A DNA stretch of 64,000 bases from positions 26,226,001 through 26,290,000 of the forward strand of contig NC_043001.1 of assembly GCF_006345805.1 (NCBI RefSeq), read 5' to 3'. The notes under the pieces were generated by a model. It had not been told where the DNA came from. It ran no database searches and saw nothing but the letters and a program-made list of their open reading frames with translations. Position 1 is the first letter of the stretch, and each line of letters begins with the position of its first letter. Position numbers and translations under genes: made by a program. Below, piece after piece: positions 11,377-23,567 of this stretch. The stretch is from Octopus sinensis (lineage: Eukaryota).

Positions 11377-11676
11377 TTGTTCCTTCTCAAGCCATGCCTG
11401 GCTCATAGGGCTGGTTTCCCTGGTTTCCTTGGCGTATAGGTTCCCTACCTGCACGGGATGCCAGTCCATCGCAGGTGAGCTGCAAGATGTAGGAGGAAAG
11501 AGTGAGAGAAAGTTGTGGTGAAAGAGTCAGCAGAAGTTCACCATTACTTTCTGCCAGAGCCGTGTGGAGCTTAGGTGTTTTCCTCATAAACACATACATC
11601 GCCCGGTTTGCGATTTGAACGTGTGATCCCTCGACCGCAAGTCCGCTGCTCTAACCACTAGGCCACATGCCTCCAC
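11377..11676 (-). mobile_element. tRNA-head SINE (family F) with 13-bp TSD
   Basis: TSD taagtgtaacatg at 11364-11376 and 11677-11689; box A/B-like tggcctagtggttagagc / gttcaaatc on minus strand. Confidence 0.9.
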
Positions 11677-11836
11677 TAAGTGTAACATGGTTTACAATTA
11701 AGCATACCATGTTATCTCAGATCAGTAATGAATGAATCAGTGATAAACAAGGCTACATATATTCACTCGCAGTCTTACCATTTTATTCCCATTATAAGCT
11801 ATTTACTGAAAGATCAAAGATATCAAAAGAGTCTAC

Positions 11837-11928
11837 CTTATCTTTGTGTTCAACCATCTTTTGTTGGATTTTCTGTACTGCCTTCTGCATGGCAAGTACT
11901 GACTGGGCCTGAGCAACTAAAAGTTGTC
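11837..11928 (-). CDS. Exon 12: (G)QLLVAQAQSVLAMQKAVQKIQQKMVEHKDK (coiled-coil-like)
   Basis: ttcttcag|GA, AAG|gtagac, 92 nt, phase 1-0. Confidence 0.88.
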
Positions 11929-12430
11929 CTGAAGAATAGAGACAATGGCATTTAAAGAAATGAATAAAACCTCAATAACCAAATATAAGTAATAAAGCAA
12001 TCTTCAATGACTTATGGAATTATGAAAACCATTTGAAGTCTGAATCATGAATATTTTATTAAAAGTTTACTTGAGATGCCTGACAATTCTCACTTGCAAT
12101 GTTTCCTTCATTTCTTAGCAGAAAATGTCCCCGCCAAAAAAACACAACAAAGACAAAAAACGTTTTTATTCTATGAAGCCTACCTACAAATAAAGATAGA
12201 ACTGAAAGGAATTAGATATTATCATAACGTCACATATACTATGATTCTGACAATAACATAATTAATTCCTTCAGCAACACATCTATGACAATAATTTGTA
12301 AAATAGGTACAGGGCAATAAATTTGCAAATGGGTGTTAAGTGATTGAATTGACCCAAGTACTTATTTTATCAACTTTTGAAGGACAAAAAACAAAGTTAG
12401 CCTTCTAGAATTTGAACTCAGAATACAAAG

Positions 12431-12859
12431 GGGATCTTTTCGGTTTGAATGGCAGTTTTTTCTAGCGGTGTCATATGAAATTGTCACCCATAATTATGAC
12501 CCTAGTATCGATCTATTACATTCCTATCTGTTTTAGGGTTAGGGTTAGTTAGGGCTAGGGGTGGGGGGAAGGGTATCTTTTTTTCTTCACAAATGTAAAT
12601 AAACCCAATCTGTTTCTTAAACAAGGGACATATTCATACGGCACAGAATGCTTTTTACCTCAATAGACGTAATTGATTGGTTGAAATTGCAGAAATTGAA
12701 GAAAAAAAACAACAAATATCTTACAAACTATAGAATTTTCTCAATAAAGCCAAGAGAAAAAGATGTTTTATAAACACATTCTACCAGTATACGAAGTTTA
12801 AAATTTTTTAGTTACCTAGAAATTATGTTAAAAACTGCCGTTCAAACCGAAAAGATCCC
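12431..12859. mobile_element. MITE with 30-bp TIRs, 6-bp TSD and internal TTAGGG repeats
   Basis: gggatcttttcggtttgaatggcagttttt vs aaaaactgccgttcaaaccgaaaagatccc (1 mismatch); acaaag at 12425-12430 and 12860-12865. Confidence 0.9.
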
Positions 12860-13203
12860 ACAAAGCTTTGTAACTACATACTACAAAGCATTTTCACTGA
12901 TGCTTTATGCTCTAACAATTCCTGCAATCCACCACCCTCGCCAGTGCTAATAATGAAATATTGTCATGCTGTTGGAGAGTTTAGAATTTGCTGGTGCATA
13001 CTCTAAATGAAAACATTCATTACTTATAATTTTCTATAGGCTGTTATCAAATTTCATGTAGAAAAACAGTTTTTTGAGTCCTTTTTTAATTTTACACCAG
13101 AATATGAAGAAAACATAATGTTACATCTTTTACCAACCCAAATCCATATAATATTAGGTGAATAAATTTGACTGCTTAATTGAATTAATAATTAATAGTA
13201 GTC

Positions 13204-13580
13204 TACAAACAATAACTCAGAGCACCTTTTCAAACTCCACCTGTCTAACACCTGTGGACATGTTTACAAAGTCAGAAAACAGCACAGCACCCATGACTTT
13301 CGGAAACATTTTTTCACGCTAAGAGTTGCTGAAGTATGGAACAAACTGCCGGCATCAGTTGTTAATTGTTGGAGCACTGCATCCTTCAAAACTTCCATGC
13401 TTCCTGAGATTTGCCAACACAACACCTGATTTTCTCCCCTCCATACACACGCAAGCATGTATCTGACTCATACACTGTTCGCTTTCCAGACATTTGTACA
13501 TTACTGCATATGCTTTATACACACTTTTGACAAGTTGTGGTGCACCTGAGCACTGTATACAATAATTTCATTATTATTAT
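13204..13580 (+). mobile_element. CR1-clade LINE 3' fragment
   Basis: nearly identical to 18116-18496; (ATT)n tail. Confidence 0.88.
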
Positions 13581-13888
13581 ATAGCAAATACAAGTTACTA
13601 ATTCTAATAACGCATGAAATAAAATTCTTTTTAAAAAATTGATATCGCCAGACATCCCTTTCCCCTCATTTCTTAACAGGAAAAAGAAATGGAAAACTGT
13701 TTCTATTATATGAAGTCTAGCTGTAGATAAAAATAGAACCATAAGGATTTTAGCTTTCTTCGTAAGCAGAATGTGAATGAGCAGGCGGATGAAAAGAACA
13801 TAGGAATCATAAATGAACTTTTGAAACTGGATTGAATCTTTTACTTCCCCAGTTATGCTTGATTACAAATAGACAAAGTATATCATAC

Positions 13889-13982
13889 CTATTCCATGTT
13901 GTAAGTTCTCTAATTCTACATTATTCAACACGGCTCGATAAACTCGCTGCAGGTATTCTGCCATTACAGCGATATTGACTTC
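13889..13982 (-). CDS. Exon 11: EVNIAVMAEYLQRVYRAVLNNVELENLQHGI
   Basis: ttttaacag|GAA, G|gtatga, 94 nt, phase 0-1, only open frame. Confidence 0.9.
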
Positions 13983-15175
13983 CTGTTAAAAGAAAATAGT
14001 GATCTTTTAGAAATTTAAAACACAAAAGAATTTATTATATTAATTATAGATTTTGGAGAATTACTGCCAGTCAGTTTAATATAATTATGAACTTATAACT
14101 AAAAGGTCAACAACTTATATCCCATCATTAAAATGTTAAAGTGTTATGTTCTTAGCTAAAACTATGGTGAAGTTTGTTTAGGTATCACAGCAAGGTACAG
14201 ACCACTATTGTAGGCAGTAAATACATAATACAATTGAAAAATATTTCATTGTAAAGCTGATATTCTTTCCACATCCTGGAGCAGACAAGTCTTCCAAAGT
14301 AATTGCAATAATCAATGGGTAACAGGATATTACATTTTTGTCACATTTGCACTCACTTTAATCATCTAATGATTTATGAAATTTCAGTAAGATCAGAGGT
14401 TTAAATACATTACAGAATAAAAACATTTCTTCTATATTATATTTTAGTTTCCACGCTAGTGTGAGGAAGAAGATATCTGTTTGTCTTTTATTGCTGAGTG
14501 CTCATATCTCTAACTACACAAATACAAAGCAGAACCGCGTTAAGCTAAGTGAAGCAAGCAGAGTTACTTCCCTTGCCAAAGTAGTACCTTAACGCATAAA
14601 ACCCTCAAGTTTCATTCAGCGATTCAAGATTTTTAAAACGTATATAAATCATACATATATTGTTTTTGCTGGCTTATTTGCTTTTTTTTTCAATACTTTA
14701 ATTAAAATTAAAATGTTTATTTGGATGTACTTTGTTCTTTCGATGGTGAGATCTGTTAGTGAAATTTGAAACAAATACAGAAATGTAGAAATATTTCACT
14801 GTTTCTTCAATGTTTAAGCATCAGAGAAAAACTTAGAATTAACACATGCAAAAACTTGCTTTTAATTTTTATTTTCATTATGGTACTTTCAGAGTAATTT
14901 AATTTATGATTTTGTTACACCTTGAACCCTTGTAGCCTCAAAATATCAAATAGTTATTTTCTTTGACCACACTCAATTTTTTTCTTTCTTATATTATTTT
15001 CTAAGCCTGCTATAATATACTTTTAATTACACAACTGAACTTCAGTTCGATATTACTGTTACATTAACAAATAATTTGCTGTCATCACCATCAATAGCAA
15101 GATAAAAAAAGTATAATAATGAAGTTAGTGTATTACAAAATATTTGTATAAAGTTTTAACATATAAAAGATTTAC

Positions 15176-15207
15176 CTCATTAATCTGTTTATCGGACAAT
15201 CCTTTAG
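15176..15207 (-). CDS. Exon 10 (32 nt): (A)KGLSDKQINE
   Basis: ttttgtag|CT, GAG|gtaaat, phase 1-0, required to keep the frame between exons 9 and 11. Confidence 0.85.
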
Positions 15208-15325
15208 CTACAAAACAGAAAAAAAACATTTAGTAATTTTGTCAATATAATTTTATAATTAAAGATATGAAATGAAATATAAAAAATAGACATTTATGGG
15301 TTTTGTAAATGAAATTCATATTTAC

Positions 15326-15427
15326 CTTTGAGTTCACGAACTAATTTTTGACGGTACTGAATATGCCAACTTTTTGATTCTTTATCAACTATATTACTCA
15401 AAATTGGTAAGCAGTTATTAATTAAAT
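15326..15427 (-). CDS. Exon 9: (D)LINNCLPILSNIVDKESKSWHIQYRQKLVRELK
   Basis: ttttccag|AT, AAAG|gtaaat, 102 nt, phase 1-1. Confidence 0.88.
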
Positions 15428-15869
15428 CTGGAAAACATTAAAATTGATTGAGTTTACAATTTGGTCAGATACGAGGTATAGCAATCAAATAAAAGTGAAT
15501 TTTAGGCGAAATAAAAAATTTTTGAGATCTTTGAGCATATATTTTCAATCAGTAAAAGAACTAAAACAATTAAATTGTATTTTGCATTTAATTTTTACTA
15601 GTTCTTCAAAACATGTTATAATGAATTAGATTAATTAGATGGCATTGAAGACTTCTTTAAGCTTCTGAGGAGCAACATTTCCTTTTGTCACTATGTTTGG
15701 CAATGTCAACACATATCAAGTATCCTTGCAAAATAATATACAATCATTGCATATCCTCTTATTAGAGAATGCCTTATTATCTCAGACCTGAGCTGACTAC
15801 TATCTAAGTCTTCAGAGGAATACTACTGCTCCAAGAAGTTTTCACAACTAATATATGATGCAGCTTCCT

Positions 15870-15870
<1 letters not shown>

Positions 15871-15903
<33 letters not shown>
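15871..15903. repeat. (TA)n microsatellite
   Basis: direct read. Confidence 0.95.
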
Positions 15904-15907
<4 letters not shown>

Positions 15908-16218
15908 TGCAGATCCATATCAATGTATCACCTATGAATTAATGTACAATCTATTTGAAATGAACAGTCTGTTTATTATCAGCATAATGAGACTCCTAAG
16001 ATACAATAAAAACTTACTATAATTAATTTATTTTTGTTGCTAATCTTTTGTTAAATTTACATTTCTGAAATATTTGTACATTTTTTTATCTCATCTATCC
16101 ACTTCCTTATTAGTCAACCTAAGTGTAATCATTCAATACTTCACTATAGTCACAGATTAGGATAATGCAGGGAAATAAGTATATTCTAAAGAGAATTAGT
16201 GTCTCCTCGTGAAATTAC

Positions 16219-16303
16219 CTTTGTTAAAGAGCCTTAGGTCTATATGCAGACCTTGTGGAGTTTGATAATAATAAGGTATAGGTGGTGGTCTGAGGTCAGC
16301 AGT
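16219..16303 (-). CDS. Exon 8: TADLRPPPIPYYYQTPQGLHIDLRLFNK
   Basis: ttctttacag|ACT, AAAG|gtaatt, 85 nt, phase 0-1. Confidence 0.88.
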
Positions 16304-16479
16304 CTGTAAAGAAGAAAAAGTAAATATTTATAAAAATAATACAAATAGATATTTTCTTTGGAATAATTACGTTTATTTTTAAATATGTTTACCATACAAG
16401 GCAAGATATAATAAAGCTGGCATAAACCAATAAAGACTCTCACATAAGCAAGTATAAAGAAAAATATTGTATATTGCTA

Positions 16480-16900
16480 TTATGAAGAATGAAGAATATT
16501 GACTGGCTATGGCACGGAAACCATAGAAAAATCCATGCTAGGAATATTCTTGTGGAAGCATATCCAAAATGAAATAATTCAAGAATGGAGTGGAGTGAAT
16601 GATGTGATTATGGAATACTGAAAGCCAAGTTCCACTGGCCCAGAAATGCTGTAAGGCTCTCCCAGGTAACAGGTGGTTCCATGCAATTGTTGAGTGTTAT
16701 CCAAAAGATCAGAAAAGACCTCTCGGAAGATCTCCAAAATTATGGAAAAATGAAATAGTGAAAATAAGTTCAAGCCCAAAATGGAAGAGAAAGGTGCAAT
16801 CAAAGGCAGACTGGAAGTGCATTGTGGCCATCAATGTAAAAGGACTTCTAAGTTTGGTCAAGAGTGAAAGAGCAACTTACAAAAGCGTTCCAGGGGAGGT
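16480..16900 (+). mobile_element. Decayed RTE-1-like LINE 3' fragment
   Basis: IEKSMLGIFLWKHIQNEIIQEWSGVNDVI...RPLGRSPKLWKNEIV remnants with stops and shifts. Confidence 0.7.
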
Positions 16901-17746
16901 AATTCTAAGGCATCTACTATTTTCATGGGATGTTCACAAGTAAAATTTGTTTTTCTGATGTGAATTCTCTAGTTTCCAAAATGACATTTTCACAACTTAA
17001 TTGTGATGTGAAATTTGTCTTTCTGTTTATATTTGATTTATAAAATAATAATTTCAATACTTATACAGTTTATCTTAATCATTTAATGAATATAATAACA
17101 AGTTAACATTCATTCTGTCTCTAAAAAGAAGCATGTAAAATTAGTACCATGCAAATTCAAAATCTATGAACTCAGCAGCCAATAATATATGTTTCTGCCT
17201 ACAATACAAAGTTTTTAGCAGATGTTTTCTGCCTATAAAAAACATGAAGTAAAACTACATACTTTATGATGAGTCTATACAAGTTATTATTGTTTTAAAT
17301 ATAACTTTTAAATAAAGTCATGAACAGATGAGATGGTATCATTTTCGAAATTATATTACTGTATCAACTGCTTTTTGCAAGATACCAGTTAATTAAATAT
17401 ATGCAATCTATGTAAGGAACATACAATAATATTCATCTATCAATAATGGTTTCAAATTTTGGCACAAGGCTTAAGTTTGGGAGTGGAGTAAGTTGATTAT
17501 ATCAACCCCAGTACTCAACTGGTACTTATTTTATCAACCTTGAAAGGATGAAAGGCAGAATTGAACTCAGAATATAAAGATGAACAAAATTCATCTATAA
17601 ATAATAACATGCTCTCCAATGGCATAAATTTGAATAGATGGTTTTGGAGTCCGTACATTTGCAGAAATCAGATACACTGAATAGATAATATTATTACAAT
17701 CTACAGAAGAGAGCAACAATATATTTTGTAGCAATTTGGTCTTTGT

Positions 17747-18496
17747 GAACATGACCTGGGCGTTGTCGACTGCGACTTGCGTTGGACAAAACACATCGCT
17801 AAAATTGCCAAGAAGGCTGAGGGTGTCTTGGCATCACTCACCAAGTCCTTTGTGAGCCGCTCTCCGGCTTTCTATCTACAGCTTTATATAGCTATAGTAC
17901 AACCCCACCTGGAATTTGCATCACCGGTCTGGAACCCCTATATTGCACAGGATATTAATCGTCTGGAAACCGTTCAGCGACATGCAACCAAGAGAATACC
18001 CTCCATCAGGCATTTGCCATATTCTGAATGCCTTATTTTCCTGAGCATGGATACATTGAAACTCCGATGTCTGGCAGCTGATTTGGCAGACACCCATAAA
18101 ATTATTAACCATCTTACAAACAATAACTCTGAGCACCTTTTCAAACTCCACCTGTCTAACACCCGTGGACATGTTTACAAAGTCAGAAAACAGCACAGCT
18201 CCCATGACTTTAGGAAACATTTTTTCATGCTAAGGGTTGCTGAAGCATGGAACAAACTGCCGGCATCAGTTGTTAGTTGTCAGAGCACTGCATCCTTCAA
18301 AACTTCCATGCTTCCTGAGATTCGCCAACACTACACCTGATTTTCTCCCCGCCATACACACGCAAGCATGTATCTGTCTCATACATTGTTCACTTTCCAG
18401 ACATTTGTACATTACTACATATACTTTATACGCACTTTTGACAAGTTGTGGTGCACCTGAGCACTGTATACAATAATTTCATTATTATTATTATTA
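17747..18496 (+). mobile_element. CR1-clade LINE, 5'-truncated, RT C-terminus still open (187 aa)
   Basis: DLGVV..DLRWTKHI, HLEFASPVWNPY, LETVQRHATKRIP, RKHFFMLRVAEAWNKLP; (ATT)n tail. Confidence 0.92.
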
Positions 18497-18944
18497 TAAA
18501 ATACAGAAAATGTCAGATAAATGTAGAAGAATAAATTAAGAAATATTCCGATATGGCTTACTAAGTCAATGCTTATCTTTAATTTCTAGTGTGTTAAACT
18601 TTTGAAAAGGGCAAATTTCCTCTTGGATACAGCAAATGAGTTTTTCTCACAGGTGATATTATCATTAACCTCAGCATTGCAAACCAATAACAGATGCATC
18701 AATTTTATTGTGATGAGGCTAGCTGCTATTCACAGATGTGAATTATACCAACCTGCAATACCTATTTGCAGCTAACTGGATTCAGTTGTAAAGAACTAAA
18801 TATTTTAACCAGTCTACATTGAGTGCCAGAATATGAACTACTGATCTTTCAGCTGACTGCCTGGCACGCAACCAACACAGCCATTCACACACTCTACCAT
18901 AAACATATTCCATACATGCTAATTTACAATTTCTTTAAACATAC

Positions 18945-19025
18945 CTTGTGCTTCTCTGTTCTTAACATCTTGCATTTTTCTTTGACGTATTCACAAAAAC
19001 GATTAAATTCTTTACGGCTGTGTTG
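18945..19025 (-). CDS. Exon 7: QHSRKEFNRFCEYVKEKCKMLRTEKHK
   Basis: tttgcag|CAA, AAG|gtatgt, 81 nt, phase 0-0. Confidence 0.87.
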
Positions 19026-20239
19026 CTGCAAATGAAATGTAAGGTGAAAATTAGATTTTATTAAATAACAAAACAAGGGAAAATAATGGAAACATAAATT
19101 CTTATACATTAAGCCTCAGAATAAAGAGAGTTGGATGGTGTGACAGAATCAAATGAACCAGAAGGCTGCATCAAGCTCCAGTGTCTACTTTGACATGGTT
19201 TCTATGGCTGGATGCCCCTCTTTTAATGCCAAGCACTTCACATAGTATACTGAGTGCATTTTTTTTCACAACACCAGCACTGGTAAGGTCACCAAGTAAC
19301 AAAGAGAAAGACTCCAAGACTGAATGGAGTTCTAGTAGAGAGGGTGGTGGATTTATGCTAGGAATTGAGAGGTTAAAGTATGATAAAGGGTCAGATACAA
19401 GTGTCTTACTATAGAGAAGATACATGGTTACCCAGCATTATATGAGAGTATGTGGGAGTAACTAGTAAGAAGACAAAGATTGTGGTGACAAGTGTCAAAG
19501 CATACTCTCAAGATGTAAGAAGGTGAGTATAAGAGAAAATGTTGACAGAGGATCAGGAAACGTGGGTGGATAAGTTTATAACAGTATGAGAGGAAAGTGA
19601 CAGGTGGCTAGATGAAAGTAGAGGTGAATGTAGTAAATGATGAACAAAAATGGAGGTGTGGTCAATAGTAAATATTAGTATGAGGGAGGGAGGTTAAAGA
19701 AACGGGAGTGGCTCAGGTAGGAGGAGGTGATAAAAGGCAGTAAAGGAAAGGTGAAGAACAGAAGTGTAATAATTTGTAGATAGACCAGAAAATATGGAGA
19801 TGATGTACAAAGAGGGAGAGATGTATAGTGACAGACGGATATGAGAGGTATGTACGGGAAGCTATAGTGGACAGGTGACAGGTGTGTGTGTGGAAGCGGG
19901 GCACCAACAGCAGATATGAAAGGAGGTTAAAGATGAGGTATGGCAGTCCAAAGATAGTGAGAAGGGATGATATTGAGAAGGAGAGATGGATTTTAAAAGC
20001 AAATGGTTCCAAAGAGGGAGTGAGAGAGAGAAGAAAATAGAAGCCCAAAGTGGATGAGATATGTGCAGATTCTGCCCTCATATGACTATAACAACTGAAT
20101 AGTACCATAGTTAGAATAGTGATTGAGGGATGGGGGTTAGTTAGATGAGAGATGGGAAGGACTGATAGGAACAAACTGAGTGCAGGGGCAGGACCTAGAG
20201 AATGTATTGACACAAATATAATGCTTTTAGGACCATCTT

Positions 20240-20345
20240 GGACACGGCAAACCACCAGTCCTTTGTCATCTCCTATATGAAGCTCAACATCTTGAGATCA
20301 CCCTTCACTGCTTCATTCCATGTCTTTTTAGATCTCCTTCTTCCA
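20240..20345 (-). mobile_element. RTE LINE extreme 3' fragment
   Basis: KTWNEAVKGDLKMLSFI*EMTKDW on minus strand. Confidence 0.6.
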
Positions 20346-21199
20346 CAAGTTCCACCCACCACATTATATATATGTAGTGAATACCAGGTAATTACTGATA
20401 ACTAAGAACTCATTTGGCTACAAGAGAAATTCTCATAAATAGTGGTAGGTATGAGAAAGGGCATTCAGCTGTAGAAACCCTACCAAAGTAGACAATGGAG
20501 CATGATGCAGTCCCTGGACCCATCAGATCCCATCAAACCATCCAACACATGCCAGCATGAAACATTGCTGTTAAATGGTGATGGTGATGATCTGGACTGC
20601 AGAGTCTCTATACTGGATTTAAAGAATGCAACCAAAAATATCTTAATCTTCAGAAACTGGCAATGCTCAATAGAAGCATAGTTAATTCTTAACTTATGAG
20701 CAGTTAACCAAGCAGTATTACCAGGAAGTTAAGGATTTTCCTATTCTCATGTGTGTATATAAATATATGAATTTTTTGTGTAATGAGATAAAAAAAAAAC
20801 AAGGCTGTATAGATATTAGAGCATTTATAAATAGAAGGTCTTACAGCTGTTTCTAGAATATTAATTAATAATAATATCCCTTCATGGGAGACGGTGTGAG
20901 AGGAAAAGTTAAGTCATATAAATATATATATGTATATATATGATGGGATTCTTTCAGTTTCCAACAATCAAATCCACTCACAAGGCTTTGGTCAACCCAA
21001 AGACACCTACTCAAAGTGCCACGTAATGGGACTAAACACAGAAACATGTGGTTGGTAAGCTTCCTACCACACAGCCATGCCTGCACCTATATATTTACAT
21101 TAATATTTCATTCAGTCAGTTGTGTATATTCAGGATGAATTATGAATAATAAACTACAATGTATTTCACACTGTATTATTTACAAATATATGGAATTTG

Positions 21200-21500
21200 T
21201 AGTGACGCTATTTTTGGAAGTTTTCAGCGCACATGCGCAGAGTTGGATTACTTCTGGTAGGCTGCTGGAAGTTCCCTCATGCGCATGCGCAGAGAACTGC
21301 AAACTGAAAGCGTTCCTGCTAAATCTGTCTTTTTGAATCAGCAACCCTACTGAGTGGACGTGACCAACCTTCTCTCAGGGAAAACCTTACATATAGAGAA
21401 GCTCTCTTCTAAGCGGGAACGGAGACGGTAATTTTGGCTCACACAAGTGAACATTTGTGAACAGTCTTGTGAACTTGGCGACTGGTTCACCCTTAAGGAA
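21200..21500. promoter_or_regulatory. CpG-enriched promoter-like patch with paired GGAAGT (ETS-like) and GCGCATGCGC (NRF1/Ewg-like) motifs inside intron 6
   Basis: GGAAGT 21216 + gcgcacatgcgca 21227-21239; GGAAGT 21267 + tgcgcatgcgca 21280-21291; CpGs otherwise rare outside repeats. Confidence 0.4.
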
Positions 21501-21897
21501 AATATATGTGTATATATTTTTTATTTGCGAAACATGGAAAAATAAAGTATTATTGCTATTGAAGACTGTCAGATTTTGGTTCACACTTCGACAATTATAT
21601 GTGACAAGATAAGACAGACACCCCTCAAGTGTTCCTGAGACCTTTATCTTATTACAATTAATATTAAAAAACAATGTTTGATTTTTGACTGAAATGCTCC
21701 AAAAACCTCCTTTAGTACCTTCTTGAGTGTCCAGAAAAAATCTGATATTGTAAAACCATTCATTCACTGTTTTATAATTACTGTTTATTAAATCATTCCA
21801 ACTCCAAATACCTATGTTCTATCTTTTTAATTTTAATGCTGTACCTGATTAAACTGCTGTTAACTTTAAGATCAAAATAAAATACAAAAGTACAAAC

Positions 21898-21995
21898 CCT
21901 AATATCAAGTTCAGCAACTAAGTACCGCATATGCTCTTCCCTAAGTTTTCCACATAAATCACCAGGGGTCGTTGAAGGCATGCCAATAATGATAT
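21898..21995 (-). CDS. Exon 6: (D)IIIGMPSTTPGDLCGKLREEHMRYLVAELDIR
   Basis: atttcag|AT, AGG|gtttgt (weaker donor), 98 nt, phase 1-0; within ORF-track 21793..22029. Confidence 0.8.
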
Positions 21996-22299
21996 CTGAA
22001 ATATTTAGGATGGGAATTGTTATATGCAAAATAAAACAAGATGTATTTCAAAAACAGATGTTTGTAAAATAAAAATGAATTAAAATTTTTGCATGCATGA
22101 CTGAAATACATTTCAACAAAGAAGGTTAGTTTACAGAATTTTTCATTTTTTACTTGTTTCAGTCACTGGACTGTAGCAATGCTGGGGCACAACCTTGAAG
22201 GGTTTAGTTATATCAACCCCAATACTTTTTTTTTTTAAACTAGGTACTTATTTTATCAGTTTCTTTTGCCAAACTGTTAAGGGGATGTAAACAAACCAG

Positions 22300-22590
22300 G
22301 CATAGGAGTGGCTGTGTGGTAAGTAGCTTGCTTACCAACCACATGGTTCCGGGTTCATTCCCACTGCATGGCACCTTGGGCAAGTGTCTTCTGCTATAGC
22401 CTCAGGCCAACCAAAGCCTTGTGAGTGGATTTGGTAGATGGAAACTGAAAGAAGCCCGTTGCATATATGTATATATATATATAGATGTATGTGTGTGTAT
22501 ATGTTTGTGTGTCTGTGTTTGTCCCCCCAACATCGCTTGACAACCGATGATGGTGTGTCTACGTCCCCGTAACTTAGCAAAAGAGTAAAG
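22300..22590 (+). mobile_element. Family A SINE (3'-truncated); partial minus copies flank it at 22148-22290 and 22640-22800
   Basis: ggcataggagtggctgtgtggtaagtagc head and body. Confidence 0.85.
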
Positions 22591-23047
22591 AGTAAACCAC
22601 CAGAAGTTGTCAAGCAGGTGGGGAAGAGATAAACACAAACAGACACACACAAATATACAACAAGCTTTTCCCACAGTTTCCATCTATCAAATTCACTATT
22701 CACTCACAGGAAATTGGTTGGCCTTGCCCAAGGTACCACACAGTAGGGCTGAACTAGAAACCACATGGCTACAGAACTTCTTAATATCACAGCCATGCTT
22801 GTGCTATAGCCATGCATGCAGCTACAAGTAGCTGTTAAAAATCTGATACTGTTATAGTCTTAAAACTTAGAAATATGAAACAATCACATTCAATGATCTA
22901 AGTAGATGTAACATAGTATCAAGTTTATGTTGTTAAAACTAGCTATTTACATTTAGAGAAACAAACAAAACCATTGACAACTGGGACAAGCCTTTGAATT
23001 AAAAGTGAAACTGAATAAATTCAGCTTGTTGGTGTACAGGCACTTAC

Positions 23048-23165
23048 CAAATATTTTCCATAAACCTCGAGCCCAGCTTTTTATCCCTTCCGATAAACTG
23101 AAGAAATGTGAATGGAATCGGTTCCGAGCTGTAATCAGCAGAATTCTTAATGCTAACGCTGTGTC
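23048..23165 (-). CDS. Exon 5: DTALALRILLITARNRFHSHFFSLSEGIKSWARGLWKIF
   Basis: ccttatag|GAC, G|gtaagt, 118 nt, phase 0-1. Confidence 0.9.
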
Positions 23166-23461
23166 CTATAAGGAAAGGATGCGAGAAATATTGGTAAGAT
23201 TATAGTTTATAAATGTATATTTCACAAGAAGATTTTATAAAATTGTTGACTAGAGTAAATATTTCTTTGCAATAATGTATTTACCACTTCTTCTTGACAA
23301 ATCCTATACAGATTTGAAACTTATCTTACTCATATTAACATGTTACAAAATGAATGAATCATACAAATAGTAATTATCTGTTTTTTCTGGTATTCATTTT
23401 CACATTATTGGAGATTGATGATGTCAAATAAAGCAAGAATTAGCAATGACATACAACTTAC

Positions 23462-23567
23462 ATCAAGAAGTGTTTCATGGGATCGTTTTGAACCTTTCTG
23501 CAGCAGTTGACTAAGATGCCATTTATGTGTTTGGCCAGGAAAATGAATACTATCTACTTCAAATTCC
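23462..23567 (-). CDS. Exon 4: EFEVDSIHFPGQTHKWHLSQLLQKGSKRSHETLLD
   Basis: ttttag|G, GAT|gtaagt, 106 nt, phase 2-0, only open frame, matches phase of exon 3. Confidence 0.9.

Noticed and set aside
11377-11676. tRNA-like heads of family F SINEs (also 2811, 40344, 49681)
   Set aside because: Box A/B are present but followed by SINE body, tail and TSD; no complete cloverleaf
13599-13701. Possible phase 1-0 alternative to exon 12 (ARLHIIETVFHFFFLL...)
   Set aside because: Weak donor (TTA|gtaact) and low-complexity peptide; exon 12 fits much better
17591-17794. Minus ORF with ctgtag acceptor
   Set aside because: No usable donor before the stop; partly antisense to CR1; not needed for the frame
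23005-23205. Plus-strand ORF MKLNKFSLL... with gtaag donor
   Set aside because: Antisense shadow of real exon 5
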